Positions 42,660 to 54,600 of a stretch of 64,000 nt of DNA are shown here, in pieces. The position numbers and the translations under genes are program-made. Source of the DNA: an uncultured Bacillota bacterium (lineage in GTDB: Bacteria > Bacillota_I > Bacilli_A > ML615J-28 > CAG-313); NCBI GenBank assembly GCA_946611195.1, contig CAMODB010000001.1:33122-97121 (forward strand), in the 5' to 3' direction. The notes beneath the pieces are model-generated. The model had not been told where the DNA came from and searched no databases. It worked only from the letters and a program-made list of their open reading frames with translations. Within the stretch, counting starts at the first letter, position 1. Each line of letters begins with the position of its first letter.

Positions 42660-42696
42660 AACTCTTAAAAGTTAATTCTTTTAAGAGTTTTTTTAT
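42660..42696 (+). terminator. lgt terminator
   Basis: AACTCTTAAAAG and CTTTTAAGAGTT form a 12-bp stem, followed by TTTTTT. Confidence 0.8.
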
Positions 42697-42724
42697 GAAA
42701 ATGTTTTTATTTTTTAAATCAGTC

Positions 42725-42752
42725 TTGACTTTTCTTTAAAATATGTTATAAT
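42725..42752 (+). promoter_or_regulatory. promoter (TTGACT - 16 nt - TGtTATAAT) for the small ORF at 42863
   Basis: -35 at 42725-42730; extended -10 TGTTATAAT at 42744-42752. Confidence 0.6.
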
Positions 42753-42862
42753 ATTATTCCTTAACGCCTCCTCGTTAAGGAAGATTAGACTTTTGTACTT
42801 TTTCAATTTTTTTAATAAAAAGTATTCTTATATAAATATATTTTTAGAAAGGGGTGTATTAT

Positions 42863-43093
42863 ATGAAATATTATACATTAGTAACCATTGCCGATGGAAA
42901 AACAACTAAATTTAATAAAAAATTTAATACCCGTAATTCAGCTATTAATTATGCCTATAACTATTTAGAAAAGAATTATATTAATGATTCTATCGATGAT
43001 AAAGATGAATTTAATATCAATGATGATAAACATAATATTGAATACGTATTAAATTATGATACTAGATTTAGAATAAATCGTGTTGTTGCGTAA
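42863..43093 (+). CDS. hypothetical small protein (76 aa)
   Basis: RBS AAAGGGGTG lies 6 nt before ATG 42863. The gene has its own promoter and terminator. The sequence is Asn/Tyr/Asp-rich with no recognizable domain. The ORF track begins at GTG 42854. Confidence 0.5.
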   Translation: MKYYTLVTIADGKTTKFNKKFNTRNSAINYAYNYLEKNYINDSIDDKDEFNINDDKHNIEYVLNYDTRFRINRVVA

Positions 43094-43106
43094 AGAAGAA
43101 GAAAAA

Positions 43107-43140
43107 TTAAGGTAGAAACACCTTAATTTTTTTATTTATT
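43107..43140 (+). terminator. terminator of small ORF
   Basis: AATTAAGGT-AGAAAC-ACCTTAATT hairpin followed by TTTTTATTTATT. Confidence 0.7.
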
Positions 43141-43181
43141 AATAATAAAAAAAGATGATGAAATATATATTTTTATTCTTA

Positions 43182-43826
43182 TTATTGTTCGTCTACTACT
43201 ACTTTTTCTTCTACTACTGGAGTTTCAGGTTCCATAATTTGTTTTAAGAAAGTATATTTACTTGCAGCATGATATGGAGTTACAAATAAGATTCCTAAAA
43301 GACCAAGAGTTAAAACGTCAAGTAAATACCAACCAATGAATGATAAATCGAAGACAAATGAATCCCATTTATGACCTTTCATTAATTGTTTACTCTTATT
43401 AAATGCTTCACTTCCACTTAAGGATGGATCAGCTTCTAATAAATAGAATGTAAGTTCATAACGGTAATAAGCAATAATACCAGGAATAATAAATAATAAA
43501 CTCCATAAGAAAATAAATACTGATACTAATAAATTAGCAATGATTGCGTCACCAAATCTATTAACTACATCAAATGATTTATTAAAATTTACTTCTTGTT
43601 TTTCAACAAAATTTCTTGTTGTTCTTACTTGAGCAATTATTAAAAGACCGCCTAGTAATAAAGCACCAATAAATGTTCCTGTTAATAAACTTACAATTAT
43701 AGCTATAACAAATAGAATACCAGTAAAACTCCAACGATCGGGAGAAGTTTTCATTAGATCTCTAATTTGTAATTTTATTTCTTTTCTTTCCATTTCATTT
43801 TTCCTTTTTGAATGTCTAGTAGACAA
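43182..43826 (-). CDS. integral membrane protein, DUF975-like
   Basis: Two TM hairpins flank a charged loop. The C-terminal pattern KGHKWDSFVFDLSFIGWYLLDVLTLGLLGILFVTPY resembles the DUF975 family. Confidence 0.4.
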   Translation of the reverse strand: MSTRHSKRKNEMERKEIKLQIRDLMKTSPDRWSFTGILFVIAIIVSLLTGTFIGALLLGGLLIIAQVRTTRNFVEKQEVNFNKSFDVVNRFGDAIIANLLVSVFIFLWSLLFIIPGIIAYYRYELTFYLLEADPSLSGSEAFNKSKQLMKGHKWDSFVFDLSFIGWYLLDVLTLGLLGILFVTPYHAASKYTFLKQIMEPETPVVEEKVVVDEQ

Positions 43827-43836
43827 CTTTATTTAA

Positions 43837-45150
<1,314 letters not shown>

Positions 45151-45154
45151 TTAA

Positions 45155-46336
45155 TTATTTACCTATAGTATTATACAACTTTTTAAGTGTTTTGTCACTT
45201 AAATAGCACGGAACCGGATAAAAAAACTTAACTTCATTTTTACAATGTTTAATCATTTCATCAATATTATCGCTAGTAAATTTAATATCAAGATTAGATT
45301 TAATATTTAAATCACTATTTAATTGTTCAATCATATTAATAAAGTGATTAGTGGCTTCCTCATTAGAAGCATCCATTTCGATATAACCTAATTCTTTAGT
45401 TAATTTACCAATCTTTCTATAAATACTTTTACCATATTCTTTTAATACTCTCGGTAAAAGAATAGCATTTAGATAACCATGTGAATAATGATGATAAGCT
45501 GCTATGCTATGACTTATCGCATGAACATATCCGACATATGCTTTGGTGATAGCAAGTCCTGCTTTATATGATGCAAGCATCATTTGTTCTTTATAAATTA
45601 AATCATTAGTAGTAGCTGCTTCATATAAATTATCAAAGATTAATTGAATAGCTTCTTTAGCTTCCTTTTTTGTCTTTTTCGTATTACTTTTACCGATATA
45701 AGCTTCAACTGCATGTGTTAACGCATCAAGACCAGTGGTTGAAGTAAAAAAGGGACTAACACTCTCTAAAGTTAAAGGATCAAGTAAAGCATATTCAGGG
45801 ATTAATTTAGGATCGTTGACCGCATATTTTAAATTATTTTCTTTATCACTAATTACGGCTGCTACTGTACATTCTGATCCTGTTCCTGCTGTTGTAGGAA
45901 TCAAAATAAAATCTAAAGGCTTCTTTTTTATTTTTAACATTCCTTTCATTTTACTGATGGGTTTCTTATTTGTTAAAGATGCACTAACGATTTTAGTAGC
46001 ATCCATAGTTGATCCACCACCAATACCAATGATTAAATCAATTTTATTTTCTTTGGCTTCATCTACTATCTTATTGATTGTCGTAATATCGGGATCAGAA
46101 GGAACTGTTGTATTAACAAAGACAGTAAGTTTTTGTTCTAAATATTCTTTTAAGTTTTTATAATATGCGGTATCTTTCATATGATTACCGGATAATAATA
46201 AAATTCTTTGTTTATTCTTTTTTATTATTACCTCTAATAATTCTTCTTTATTTTTAAGTTTAATTGGTTCTCTAAATTTAAAAAAGAGAACAAAGATAAA
46301 CATAATTTTTTGAAATATACGATATATTAATTTCAT
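45155..46336 (-). CDS. iron-containing (group III) alcohol dehydrogenase family protein with N-terminal hydrophobic extension
   Basis: GGGSTMDATK and His-rich metal site (HAISHSIAAYHHYSHG). The first 20 or so residues, MKLIYRIFQKIMFIFVLFF, are hydrophobic, which is unusual for this family. Confidence 0.75.
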   Translation of the reverse strand: MKLIYRIFQKIMFIFVLFFKFREPIKLKNKEELLEVIIKKNKQRILLLSGNHMKDTAYYKNLKEYLEQKLTVFVNTTVPSDPDITTINKIVDEAKENKIDLIIGIGGGSTMDATKIVSASLTNKKPISKMKGMLKIKKKPLDFILIPTTAGTGSECTVAAVISDKENNLKYAVNDPKLIPEYALLDPLTLESVSPFFTSTTGLDALTHAVEAYIGKSNTKKTKKEAKEAIQLIFDNLYEAATTNDLIYKEQMMLASYKAGLAITKAYVGYVHAISHSIAAYHHYSHGYLNAILLPRVLKEYGKSIYRKIGKLTKELGYIEMDASNEEATNHFINMIEQLNSDLNIKSNLDIKFTSDNIDEMIKHCKNEVKFFYPVPCYLSDKTLKKLYNTIGK

Positions 46337-46337
46337 T

Positions 46338-47999
46338 TTAATGTAATCCTTTTTGTAGAGTTAATTCCATAACATCACGAATATATAAATTAGTTTTTTC
46401 ATATTCGACATCTTTCAAATAATATTGAGCATAATCGGCTTTAAAAACATAATCAATTAAACCAAATTTATAATATTCATTGTCATTAAAATTATTAATA
46501 TTAAAACCATTATTAAAATATAAATAATCACTTTGTTGACTACAATAATTCTTTAAGACACTACCTTTAATATTTAAAACATATATTTCATTGTCAAAAG
46601 GAAAAGCATCATAGATTTGTCCTCTAGTAATTTCACCAACATTGATTTGGGTTCTAACTCCTCCTGTATTTACGGCGGCTAAATCAACATGCAAATTTTC
46701 CACCATACAGTCACCCGCAAAATGACCTAAGGTTGATCGATATAAAGTATTTGGTGTATAACCAATTACAACATCAGAATCTAAAAATAGTTGATTATAA
46801 TTATTAAAAATGTTTACTATTTCTTCATCTTCAACAAGATTATTTACATAATCATGATGAATAGAGGATGATAAATAATTATCAATACTATAATTATATT
46901 GAATATAACCGACGCTTTGATTCTTCGTATTGCTTTGAATAATTGGTAATTTTGTTCCATCAATATTATAAAGATATTCTTCAATATATTGATGGGTATG
47001 AGCACAAATTAAGCCATCTATTTTTGATTCAATTGGTAAGGTCGCAATTTTATTATTAAAGTCATCATCATAATCATGAGTTGATACAAGGACTAAATCA
47101 CAATGTTCAACATTTCTTAATTTTTTAGCATATTCTTTAATTAAAGGAACAGCATCAATAAATTCATAATTTTCCACTTTGTCTTTCGCAATACTGCTTT
47201 CTCCTTTTTCTAAAATGGAACCAATAATACCAACTTTAAAATTATTAACTGTAGTTATATAATATGGTTTTAACCATTCAACATGTTCTTTGGTATCACT
47301 ATAAATAATATTGCAGCCTAAGAAATCAAAATTAGCTTCGCCATTTTCCATATTACCATCTTTATATTGTTTGATTTTATCAAAGCCCCAATCAAATTCA
47401 TGATTACCAATGACAAAACAATCAAAAGATAATTCATTAAGAATATCAATAAAGATTTTACCATATGTTTTATTGGAAACATAACTTCCTTGGAAAATAT
47501 CACCATTAGCAATTTTTATAATATCTTCTTGTTTTTCTAAATTCTTAATGTAGGTAGCAACTTTAGCCATTGAAACATCGTTAGCTGTATCTTTTAAAGC
47601 CCCGTGGGTATCATTGATACTAAAAACTTTTAAAGATTTTTCTTGAGAAAAGATTTTTTCTAAAGAGACGATATTACTTTTTTGACTATAAATATAATGT
47701 TTATTTTCATATTTAGAAGCTATTACATAGACATCTCCACTTTGTGTAGAATCAAAATCATAATAATCATTGATACTTTTACCAACTAATTCTGAATTAA
47801 GATAAATTAAATATTCTTCTGCCCCATTTACTTTTTTCCAAACTAAATGACGATTAGAAAGACTTATTTCAACTTTATCTATATTAGTTTCAATACCTAC
47901 TTGTTCATCATCTATTTTATTATTATCACTATTTACTTCACAAGAAAATAGAAAAATAATTAAAATAGAAATAATAAATAAATTCAAGAATTTTTTCAT
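46338..47999 (-). CDS. 5'-nucleotidase/metallophosphoesterase-family lipoprotein (UshA-like)
   Basis: Lipoprotein signal MKKFLNLFIISILIIFLFSC. Calcineurin-like motifs (GDIFQG, GNHEFDWG). C-terminal 5'-nucleotidase substrate domain. 553 aa. Confidence 0.8.
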   Translation of the reverse strand: MKKFLNLFIISILIIFLFSCEVNSDNNKIDDEQVGIETNIDKVEISLSNRHLVWKKVNGAEEYLIYLNSELVGKSINDYYDFDSTQSGDVYVIASKYENKHYIYSQKSNIVSLEKIFSQEKSLKVFSINDTHGALKDTANDVSMAKVATYIKNLEKQEDIIKIANGDIFQGSYVSNKTYGKIFIDILNELSFDCFVIGNHEFDWGFDKIKQYKDGNMENGEANFDFLGCNIIYSDTKEHVEWLKPYYITTVNNFKVGIIGSILEKGESSIAKDKVENYEFIDAVPLIKEYAKKLRNVEHCDLVLVSTHDYDDDFNNKIATLPIESKIDGLICAHTHQYIEEYLYNIDGTKLPIIQSNTKNQSVGYIQYNYSIDNYLSSSIHHDYVNNLVEDEEIVNIFNNYNQLFLDSDVVIGYTPNTLYRSTLGHFAGDCMVENLHVDLAAVNTGGVRTQINVGEITRGQIYDAFPFDNEIYVLNIKGSVLKNYCSQQSDYLYFNNGFNINNFNDNEYYKFGLIDYVFKADYAQYYLKDVEYEKTNLYIRDVMELTLQKGLH

Positions 48000-48021
48000 A
48001 ATTAATTCCTTTTTAAAAAAA

Positions 48022-48052
48022 GATTATAATTATAGTTTATATAATTATAATC
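48022..48052. repeat. perfect 13-bp A/T-only inverted repeat (GATTATAATTATA-gttta-TATAATTATAATC)
   Basis: The repeat lies between the S-component stop (48060) and the 5'-nucleotidase start (47999). On the minus strand it is followed by CTTTTTT. It could be a weak terminator or an operator. Confidence 0.6.
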
Positions 48053-48059
48053 ACTTTTC

Positions 48060-48746
48060 TTAATTTGCTCTTCTAACTAAACCTTTAGAACGATCACGAT
48101 TTACGCGAATAACATATTTTCTTTGAACATGTGCATCACGATTAAATAAAGTTCTTTTTACTTGATTTGTAGCCATAGCATTGTTCCTTTCTTTTTCTCG
48201 TTTTATTTTTTTATGTTTTTTGAAACCTAAATTAAATTGTAATAATGGATTTAAAACTATTGGTATTAAAATGCAATAGATTATAGAAGTAATAATTGAT
48301 AAGACTATTCTTGATAAGAAACTACCAAAGACATAAAAATATGTATAATATTCATATAATTTAGAATCAACATAAAGACCAATAGTATTAAGGATGGTAA
48401 CAATCAATGATGATATAATTATACTGAACATAAGTAGCGTAATATTATCAATAGCTTTCTTCTTTTTCATGATTAAGCCGACTATTAAACCTCGCATTGC
48501 GGGTGGAAGAATCCATAATATAGTTGTCGGTGTTATTCCATAACCATCTAATAATTGACCAATAAAAGCCCCAATTAAACCTACAAAAAAAGCTTCACTA
48601 GGTCCATAAAGGAGGGCACATAAAATAAGTGGTAAACCACTTAAGCCAATTTTATAAGGACCAGTGGTAATTGTAAAACGCGATAATACAACATAAAGAG
48701 CCATCATTACCGCCATACCAACAACAGTTCTTATTTGTTTTTTCAA
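48060..48746 (-). CDS. ECF-transporter substrate-specific (S) component-like membrane protein with a highly basic C-terminal tail of about 50 aa
   Basis: Five to six TM helices of ECF-S type (MKKQIRTVVGMAVMMALYVVLSRF...). The C-terminus is KKHKKIKREKERNNAMATNQVKRTLFNRDAHVQRKYVIRVNRDRSKGLVRRAN. An in-frame ATG is preceded by AAAGGAA (internal RBS). The gene overlaps the ung stop by 4 nt. Confidence 0.55.
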   Translation of the reverse strand: MKKQIRTVVGMAVMMALYVVLSRFTITTGPYKIGLSGLPLILCALLYGPSEAFFVGLIGAFIGQLLDGYGITPTTILWILPPAMRGLIVGLIMKKKKAIDNITLLMFSIIISSLIVTILNTIGLYVDSKLYEYYTYFYVFGSFLSRIVLSIITSIIYCILIPIVLNPLLQFNLGFKKHKKIKREKERNNAMATNQVKRTLFNRDAHVQRKYVIRVNRDRSKGLVRRAN

Positions 48747-49390
48747 TTTTCAATCCTCCAAAATGTTTCTTTTTCACCTAAGTATTCAATACTTTTCTTA
48801 AAGACACCACTGCCGAAAAAACCTTTATACGCCCCTAGTGGTGAAGGATGCGAAGTTTCAAGGACCAAATGATTAGGATTATTTAAATATTTACTAATTT
48901 GTCTTGCGGATGAACCAAAAAGTAAAAAAACTATTTTTTGGTCCCTTTTATTTAATTCTTCAATAATCCTTCTAGTAAAGATTTCCCAGCCTTTATTTTG
49001 ATGAGATAAAGCTTTACCTTCTTCAACTGTTAATATGAGATTTAAAAGGAGTACTCCTTTTTTAGCTAGATTAGTTAAATTGCCAGTCTTCGGTATTTCC
49101 AGACCTAATTCATTTTTAATTTCTTTGTAGATATTCATTAAGCTCTTTGGTATTTTAACACCATCATTAACAGAAAAAGATAAACCCATAGCAAGACCTG
49201 GTGTAAAATAAGGATCTTGACCAATTAAGACAACTTTAACTTGCTCAATCGGTGTTAAATCAAAAGCTTTATATATATCTTCATATTTAGGATAGATCGT
49301 TTTATTATGATATTCTTCTTTTAAAAAAGATTCTAATTCTTTAAAATAATCTTTCTTTTTTTCCTCTTCAATAATATCTTTAAAATTCAT
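48743..49390 (-). CDS. ung: uracil-DNA glycosylase (family 1)
   Basis: VVLIGQDPYFTPGLAMGLSFSV (GQDPY) and HPSPLGAYKGF (HPSPLS-type) motifs; 215 aa. Confidence 0.93.
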   Translation of the reverse strand: MNFKDIIEEEKKKDYFKELESFLKEEYHNKTIYPKYEDIYKAFDLTPIEQVKVVLIGQDPYFTPGLAMGLSFSVNDGVKIPKSLMNIYKEIKNELGLEIPKTGNLTNLAKKGVLLLNLILTVEEGKALSHQNKGWEIFTRRIIEELNKRDQKIVFLLFGSSARQISKYLNNPNHLVLETSHPSPLGAYKGFFGSGVFKKSIEYLGEKETFWRIEN

Positions 49391-49559
49391 TTTTCTATTC
49401 CCATTTAAGTTACTATCTACATCTCTATTATAACATAAATAAAATTATAAATAGATGTTTTTGCAAAAGGGGAACTCTATTTATTATTGAATGATATTTC
49501 TTATTAAATATTAACAAAATTAATTAAAAAAATTATATAATATTTTTGGAGGCTAGAAT

Positions 49560-50747
49560 ATGCATACTTTAATCATTGGTCAATCAGGTGGACCAACTTC
49601 TGTTATTAATGCGAGTCTTTTTGGTTCAATCCTTGAAGCAAGAAAACAAAAAGACATTGAAAGAATTTATGGTTTAAAAAATGGTTTAGATGGTTTAATT
49701 AATGAACAATTCATTGATTTAACTAATCTTGATTTAACTTCTTTAGCTACTACTCCCGGAGCTATTTTAGGTAGTGTTCGTTTTAAAATTGATGCGTATC
49801 CCAAAGATAAAGATATTTATGAAAAGATAAAACAAGTCTTTTTAAAATATGATATTAAATATTTTATCTATATTGGTGGTAATGATTCAATGGATACCGC
49901 CAAAAAAATCAATGATTATTTTAAATTTATTGATTTTACAGCATATGTTATTGGCGTACCAAAAACGGTTGATAATGATTTACAAAATACTTATTTTACA
50001 CCAGGATATCCCTCTAGTTGTAAATTCATCGCTACTACTATTTCGGAAATATATCTTGATACAAGAGTCTATATTGAAGGAAGAGTAACAATTATTGAAC
50101 TTATGGGCAGGGATGCTGGATGGCTTACTGCTGCTAGTAAAATACCTAGTTTAAATGAAGAAAATGTTGATTTAATTTATTTACCAGAAATACCTTTTGA
50201 TATGAATCAATTTTTAATTGATGTTAAAAGAATCTATGCAAAACAAAGAAAAGTCTTGGTTTGTATATCAGAAGGTATTAAAGATGAAAATGGTGAATAT
50301 ATCTTAAAGAAGCGAATCTTTAATACAAAAGATGATTTTGGTCATCTACAATTAGGCGGAACGGCTTTAATCTTAGCCGAAATGGTAAAGAATAAACTTA
50401 ATTTACCAGTTAGAGCAATTGAACTTAATTTACCACAAAGATGTAGTGGACATCTTTTAGCAAAAGTAGATGTTGATTATGCGATTAAATGTGGTAAGAA
50501 AGCAGTCCAATTATTAATTAAAAAACAAAGCGGCTACATGGTATGCATTGAAAAACAAAATGATAAATTGAAATTAGGAAAAGTAAAATTAGAAAAAGTT
50601 GCAACTTTTGTTAAACCTTTCCCTAAAGAATGGATCATTAATAATAATGATATAAGCCAAGAATATTTAAATTATATTTTACCTTTAATCGATAAAGAAG
50701 TTAAGGTTGAATATCAAAATGGTATTCCTAAACATTTTAAAATATAA
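49560..50747 (+). CDS. 6-phosphofructokinase, probably pyrophosphate-dependent type
   Basis: PFK fold (IIGQSGGPTSVINAS, GGNDSMDTA, MGRDAGWL). It is 395 aa, longer than Firmicute ATP-PFKs, and has Asp at the position following GGx (GGNDS), as in PPi-PFKs. Confidence 0.75.
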   Translation: MHTLIIGQSGGPTSVINASLFGSILEARKQKDIERIYGLKNGLDGLINEQFIDLTNLDLTSLATTPGAILGSVRFKIDAYPKDKDIYEKIKQVFLKYDIKYFIYIGGNDSMDTAKKINDYFKFIDFTAYVIGVPKTVDNDLQNTYFTPGYPSSCKFIATTISEIYLDTRVYIEGRVTIIELMGRDAGWLTAASKIPSLNEENVDLIYLPEIPFDMNQFLIDVKRIYAKQRKVLVCISEGIKDENGEYILKKRIFNTKDDFGHLQLGGTALILAEMVKNKLNLPVRAIELNLPQRCSGHLLAKVDVDYAIKCGKKAVQLLIKKQSGYMVCIEKQNDKLKLGKVKLEKVATFVKPFPKEWIINNNDISQEYLNYILPLIDKEVKVEYQNGIPKHFKI

Positions 50748-50776
50748 ATGAGGAACTAAAAAGTTCCTCATTTTTT
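50748..50776. terminator. bidirectional terminator pfk/pdxK
   Basis: AATGAGGAAC-TAAAAA-GTTCCTCATT followed by TTTTTATTT. Confidence 0.8.
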
Positions 50777-51610
50777 ATTTGGATATTTATAATTAGTAAG
50801 TAGTTTTAAGCATGGTTCAAAACAAACACCATACCAATGACTATCAGCAACATCTAAAGTATTTTTAATTGCTTTAGTGACAAATTTAACTGCGAGGATT
50901 CCCGCTTCTAAGAAAGATAATCCATTAATTAAACCACCAAAAAGGGTTGAAGAATAGATATCTCCGGTTCCATGAAACATTCGCGGAATTCTTTTTTCAA
51001 AATGATACGAAATATTATTTCCATCCGATACCGCAATACCTAAATGTTTTTTATCGAAATGAACACCGGTTAATAGAACATTTTTAGCACCTAATTTATG
51101 AAGACGATATATTAAATATTCAATATATTTTTCATCATAATCTTCTTTATATTCGACGCCTAGCATAAAGCAGGCTTCCGTAATATTCGGAGCTATATAA
51201 TCACTGATACTACAAAGGCTAGCCATTTCTAACGCAAATTTTTCATCAAAAGCCGGATATAATTTACCATTATCGCCCATTGCGGGATCACAAAGGAAAA
51301 TAAAATTATCTTGTTTTTTAAAATCTTTAACGATTTGTTTAACGATTTCAATTTGTTTGATATCTGCTAAATAGCCAGTATAAATACCATCAAAACTAAA
51401 TTTTTCTTTTTTCCAATGTTCTTTGATAGGTTCCATTTGATCCGATAAATCTTTACAAGTATAACCTTCAAAGAATGCCGTATGGGTTGATAAAACCGCT
51501 GTCGGCATAATACAAGTTTCAATTCCCATACTAGATAGAATAGGAAGGGCTACTGTTAAAGAGCATTGACCAACACATGATATATCTTGAATCGTAAGTA
51601 TTTTTTTCAT
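50768..51610 (-). CDS. pdxK: pyridoxal/pyridoxamine kinase (ribokinase superfamily)
   Basis: MKKILTIQDISCVGQCSLTVALPILSSMGIET start typical of PdxK/PdxY; 280 aa. Confidence 0.75.
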   Translation of the reverse strand: MKKILTIQDISCVGQCSLTVALPILSSMGIETCIMPTAVLSTHTAFFEGYTCKDLSDQMEPIKEHWKKEKFSFDGIYTGYLADIKQIEIVKQIVKDFKKQDNFIFLCDPAMGDNGKLYPAFDEKFALEMASLCSISDYIAPNITEACFMLGVEYKEDYDEKYIEYLIYRLHKLGAKNVLLTGVHFDKKHLGIAVSDGNNISYHFEKRIPRMFHGTGDIYSSTLFGGLINGLSFLEAGILAVKFVTKAIKNTLDVADSHWYGVCFEPCLKLLTNYKYPNKK

Positions 51611-51619
51611 ATAAACACC

Positions 51620-54600
51620 TTAATTAAATTTAGCTTGATAAATTGCATCTAAATAATGATCACTGGTATCTTCCGTATAAGCCCAACACATTAAGCCTAC
51701 ACCATTCATACTCTTCGCATATTTATATTTTTCTTTAACCGCAAGAGTTGAATCATAAGTAATAAAGATTTTCGTTGTAGGATTATATAAATAACTTGCG
51801 ACAAAATTACCTTTACTATCGCGTTCATTATATTCAATATAACCACCACGTTTAACTATTTCTTCAATAGCATTACCATATAGTGTACCAGATGCAAAAC
51901 TACCATCGATACCACTAACTTGGGTTAAGGATGCACTTGCTCCTAAAGCTGGATAATTAGGGTTATTAGCCGTGCCAGTTACATTATATGCTTTACCATA
52001 ACCTGCACAACCAATTATTAATTTATTTCTATCAAAGCCAAGGGCAGTAATATTATTAATACCATAAACCCCACCAAAGCCATAACCACCATCATTAGCT
52101 GATGAATAAAGGGCGGAAACATGAGTAGCTTTCGACGAATTATTTAAATCATAACTCATAATATTAATATAATCTAGATATTTATTTAATGTAGGGAAAT
52201 CCCAACGACTAGTTGACAAACCCCAACTAGATGATGGTATTGCAGCAGTTAATAAATAACTACTTCCTCCTTCATCTTGCCTATTATCCATTTCTTCTCT
52301 TAAGCCTTTGACTAACGCATTAACTTGACTAGCTACTACTGGATAAGAACTAGATACATATTCCCAGTCTAAATCAACACCATCAAAATTATATTGTTCT
52401 ACCATATTCATAATATTATTAATAAAAGTCTTAAGTAAATTTTCATCTTTCGTAATATCATAGAAATATTTACTAGTATCACTACCAACCCCATTAATAA
52501 CCATTACTTGGCGAACATCATGTTCTTTAAGAAGTTTAGTTTCTTCTAAATAAGATGGACTGGAAAGAGTTAAACTACCATTAGCGGTTGGTACCGCAAA
52601 ACTATAATTCAATATTTCTAATACTTCTTTTGTCGTTTCGGAAAACATTGTACCATCTTTTAAATAACGTTGGTTATATTTTTTATAGGCGTATGCTGCG
52701 CCAACTGCAAAATAAGTAGAAATAGGTGTATCCGTAAATGGTGCATATTTAACTGGATTAATTATTATATTCTTTTGTTTTGTTACAGTGCTACCATTTT
52801 TATATTTAATTTTACAAGAGATTGTAACATTTTGTTTTTTATGTGTTTGATATATTTTTGAAGTTTTACCTTCATTACCATTTATTTGATATAGATTTGG
52901 ATTAGAACTATTCCATTCATAACTTGCATCATCATCTTCTAAAATAAGCATATCTAAGGTATCACTTTCAACAACATCGGATACGCAATTAAGAATTGTA
53001 TCAGCCGTGATATCGGAATGATTAACTAACCATTTTGCGTATAGGATAGTTTCATCACTTACTTCTTTTACTTCATTAAGATATAAGCTTTCTTTATACC
53101 AACCCATAAAATCATAACCAGCTTTAATTGGTATTGGTAAAGTATTAACTCCTTTATATTTGATTACTGCAAAATCAGCATTTTCATCATATCGTTTAAC
53201 ATTTACTTTAATATCAACATTAGCTTGATTACCATTTGGTAATTGTTTATTAAAATAAATATTATCGCCTAATTTAATACTATTTAAATTAGCCATTCCA
53301 TTACTATTTTGTTCAGAAACTAATAAATAATATTCACTAGTTCTTTTTTCTTCTGTTAAGGCTGTTCCATTATTTACAAAACCATCGACAGTATAAGTTT
53401 TCGTTACATTATTATAACTTAAACCAACTTTATAAGCATAAAGGAAAGAATCAGAGCTACCCATTAAAGAAGTCTTATAAAGGAAGATTTCATTTTCATA
53501 ATAAGTAAAGAAGCCTGTTGAATAATAATTAATAGTAAAACTTGTAACATCTTGTTCAATGACACTACTTGCTCCTTCTAAGGAACCACCATTTAAATAG
53601 AAACGAACATTATATTCATGATTATTTATTAATTCAACCATCTTGTTTTCTAAACTAACTAAGACATCAAGTTTAGTAACATAAGCTTTTACTTCATCTT
53701 TTGAATTATCATAATGACTACGAACAAGTATTAATTGTTCATTATCTTTAACATCTAATTTATCAAGAGTCGGTAAATTATTTATTTCATTATCAATGCC
53801 TTCCGCAAGCTCTATATATTCTTGAATCGTTTTAAGTTCTTTAATTCTATTTTCTAAAGAAATTAATTTATCAAGATTTGTAACATAACTTCTTACATTA
53901 ACATTTAACGCATTATAACGAAGGCGGGCTTGGGCTACTTTATTACGATCATCATAAACTAAATCTTCAACATTAGGTAAGGCGTCAATATAATCGATAA
54001 CGGGCTTTGCTTTAAGTTTATTTTCTTCCGTCTTTATTTCTTCTAGCATATCAAGTAAATCTTGATAATTTTCAATATATTTAGGATAGCCATAATTATC
54101 AATTTGTTGTTTTAAATCATTGATTTTATCTTTATTATCATAATAAGAAACTGAACTATCTTTTAATTCTTTAATTAAAGGAACAAATTCTAAACCTTTT
54201 TTAAATATTTCCACTTCATTTAATAATTCTTTTAATTTTGGATAATTAGTTATTTTTTCTTGCCTTGTGATATCTAATTTTTGATATTCATTATCTAGTG
54301 CTAAGATATTATCAATATCGCTTTCTTTTAATTCATTAACATCTGGTAATAAATCAATCTTTTTAATTAAATCATCAATCATTTTGATAATCTTATATTC
54401 GTATTCCGCATTAGTTAATTTATTATAATTACTAATCTTTTTTTGATTATCATTACTTAATTCATCATATCTATTTCTTAAATCGGTGATATTATCACCA
54501 TCAGCTAAAGTAATCGGATTTGGTAATTTATCAATATCATTTATTAGATTATTAATTATTGTTTTAATATTTTCTTCTTGAACTAAATCTAAATAAGCTT

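Noticed and set aside
48060-48200. Basic C-terminal tail as a misannotated ribosomal protein (L34/L35/L36/L33/S21)
   Set aside because: Eye alignment to the consensus of these families fails beyond a short KRTxF resemblance to L34. It is kept only as an unexplained tail or possible micro-ORF.
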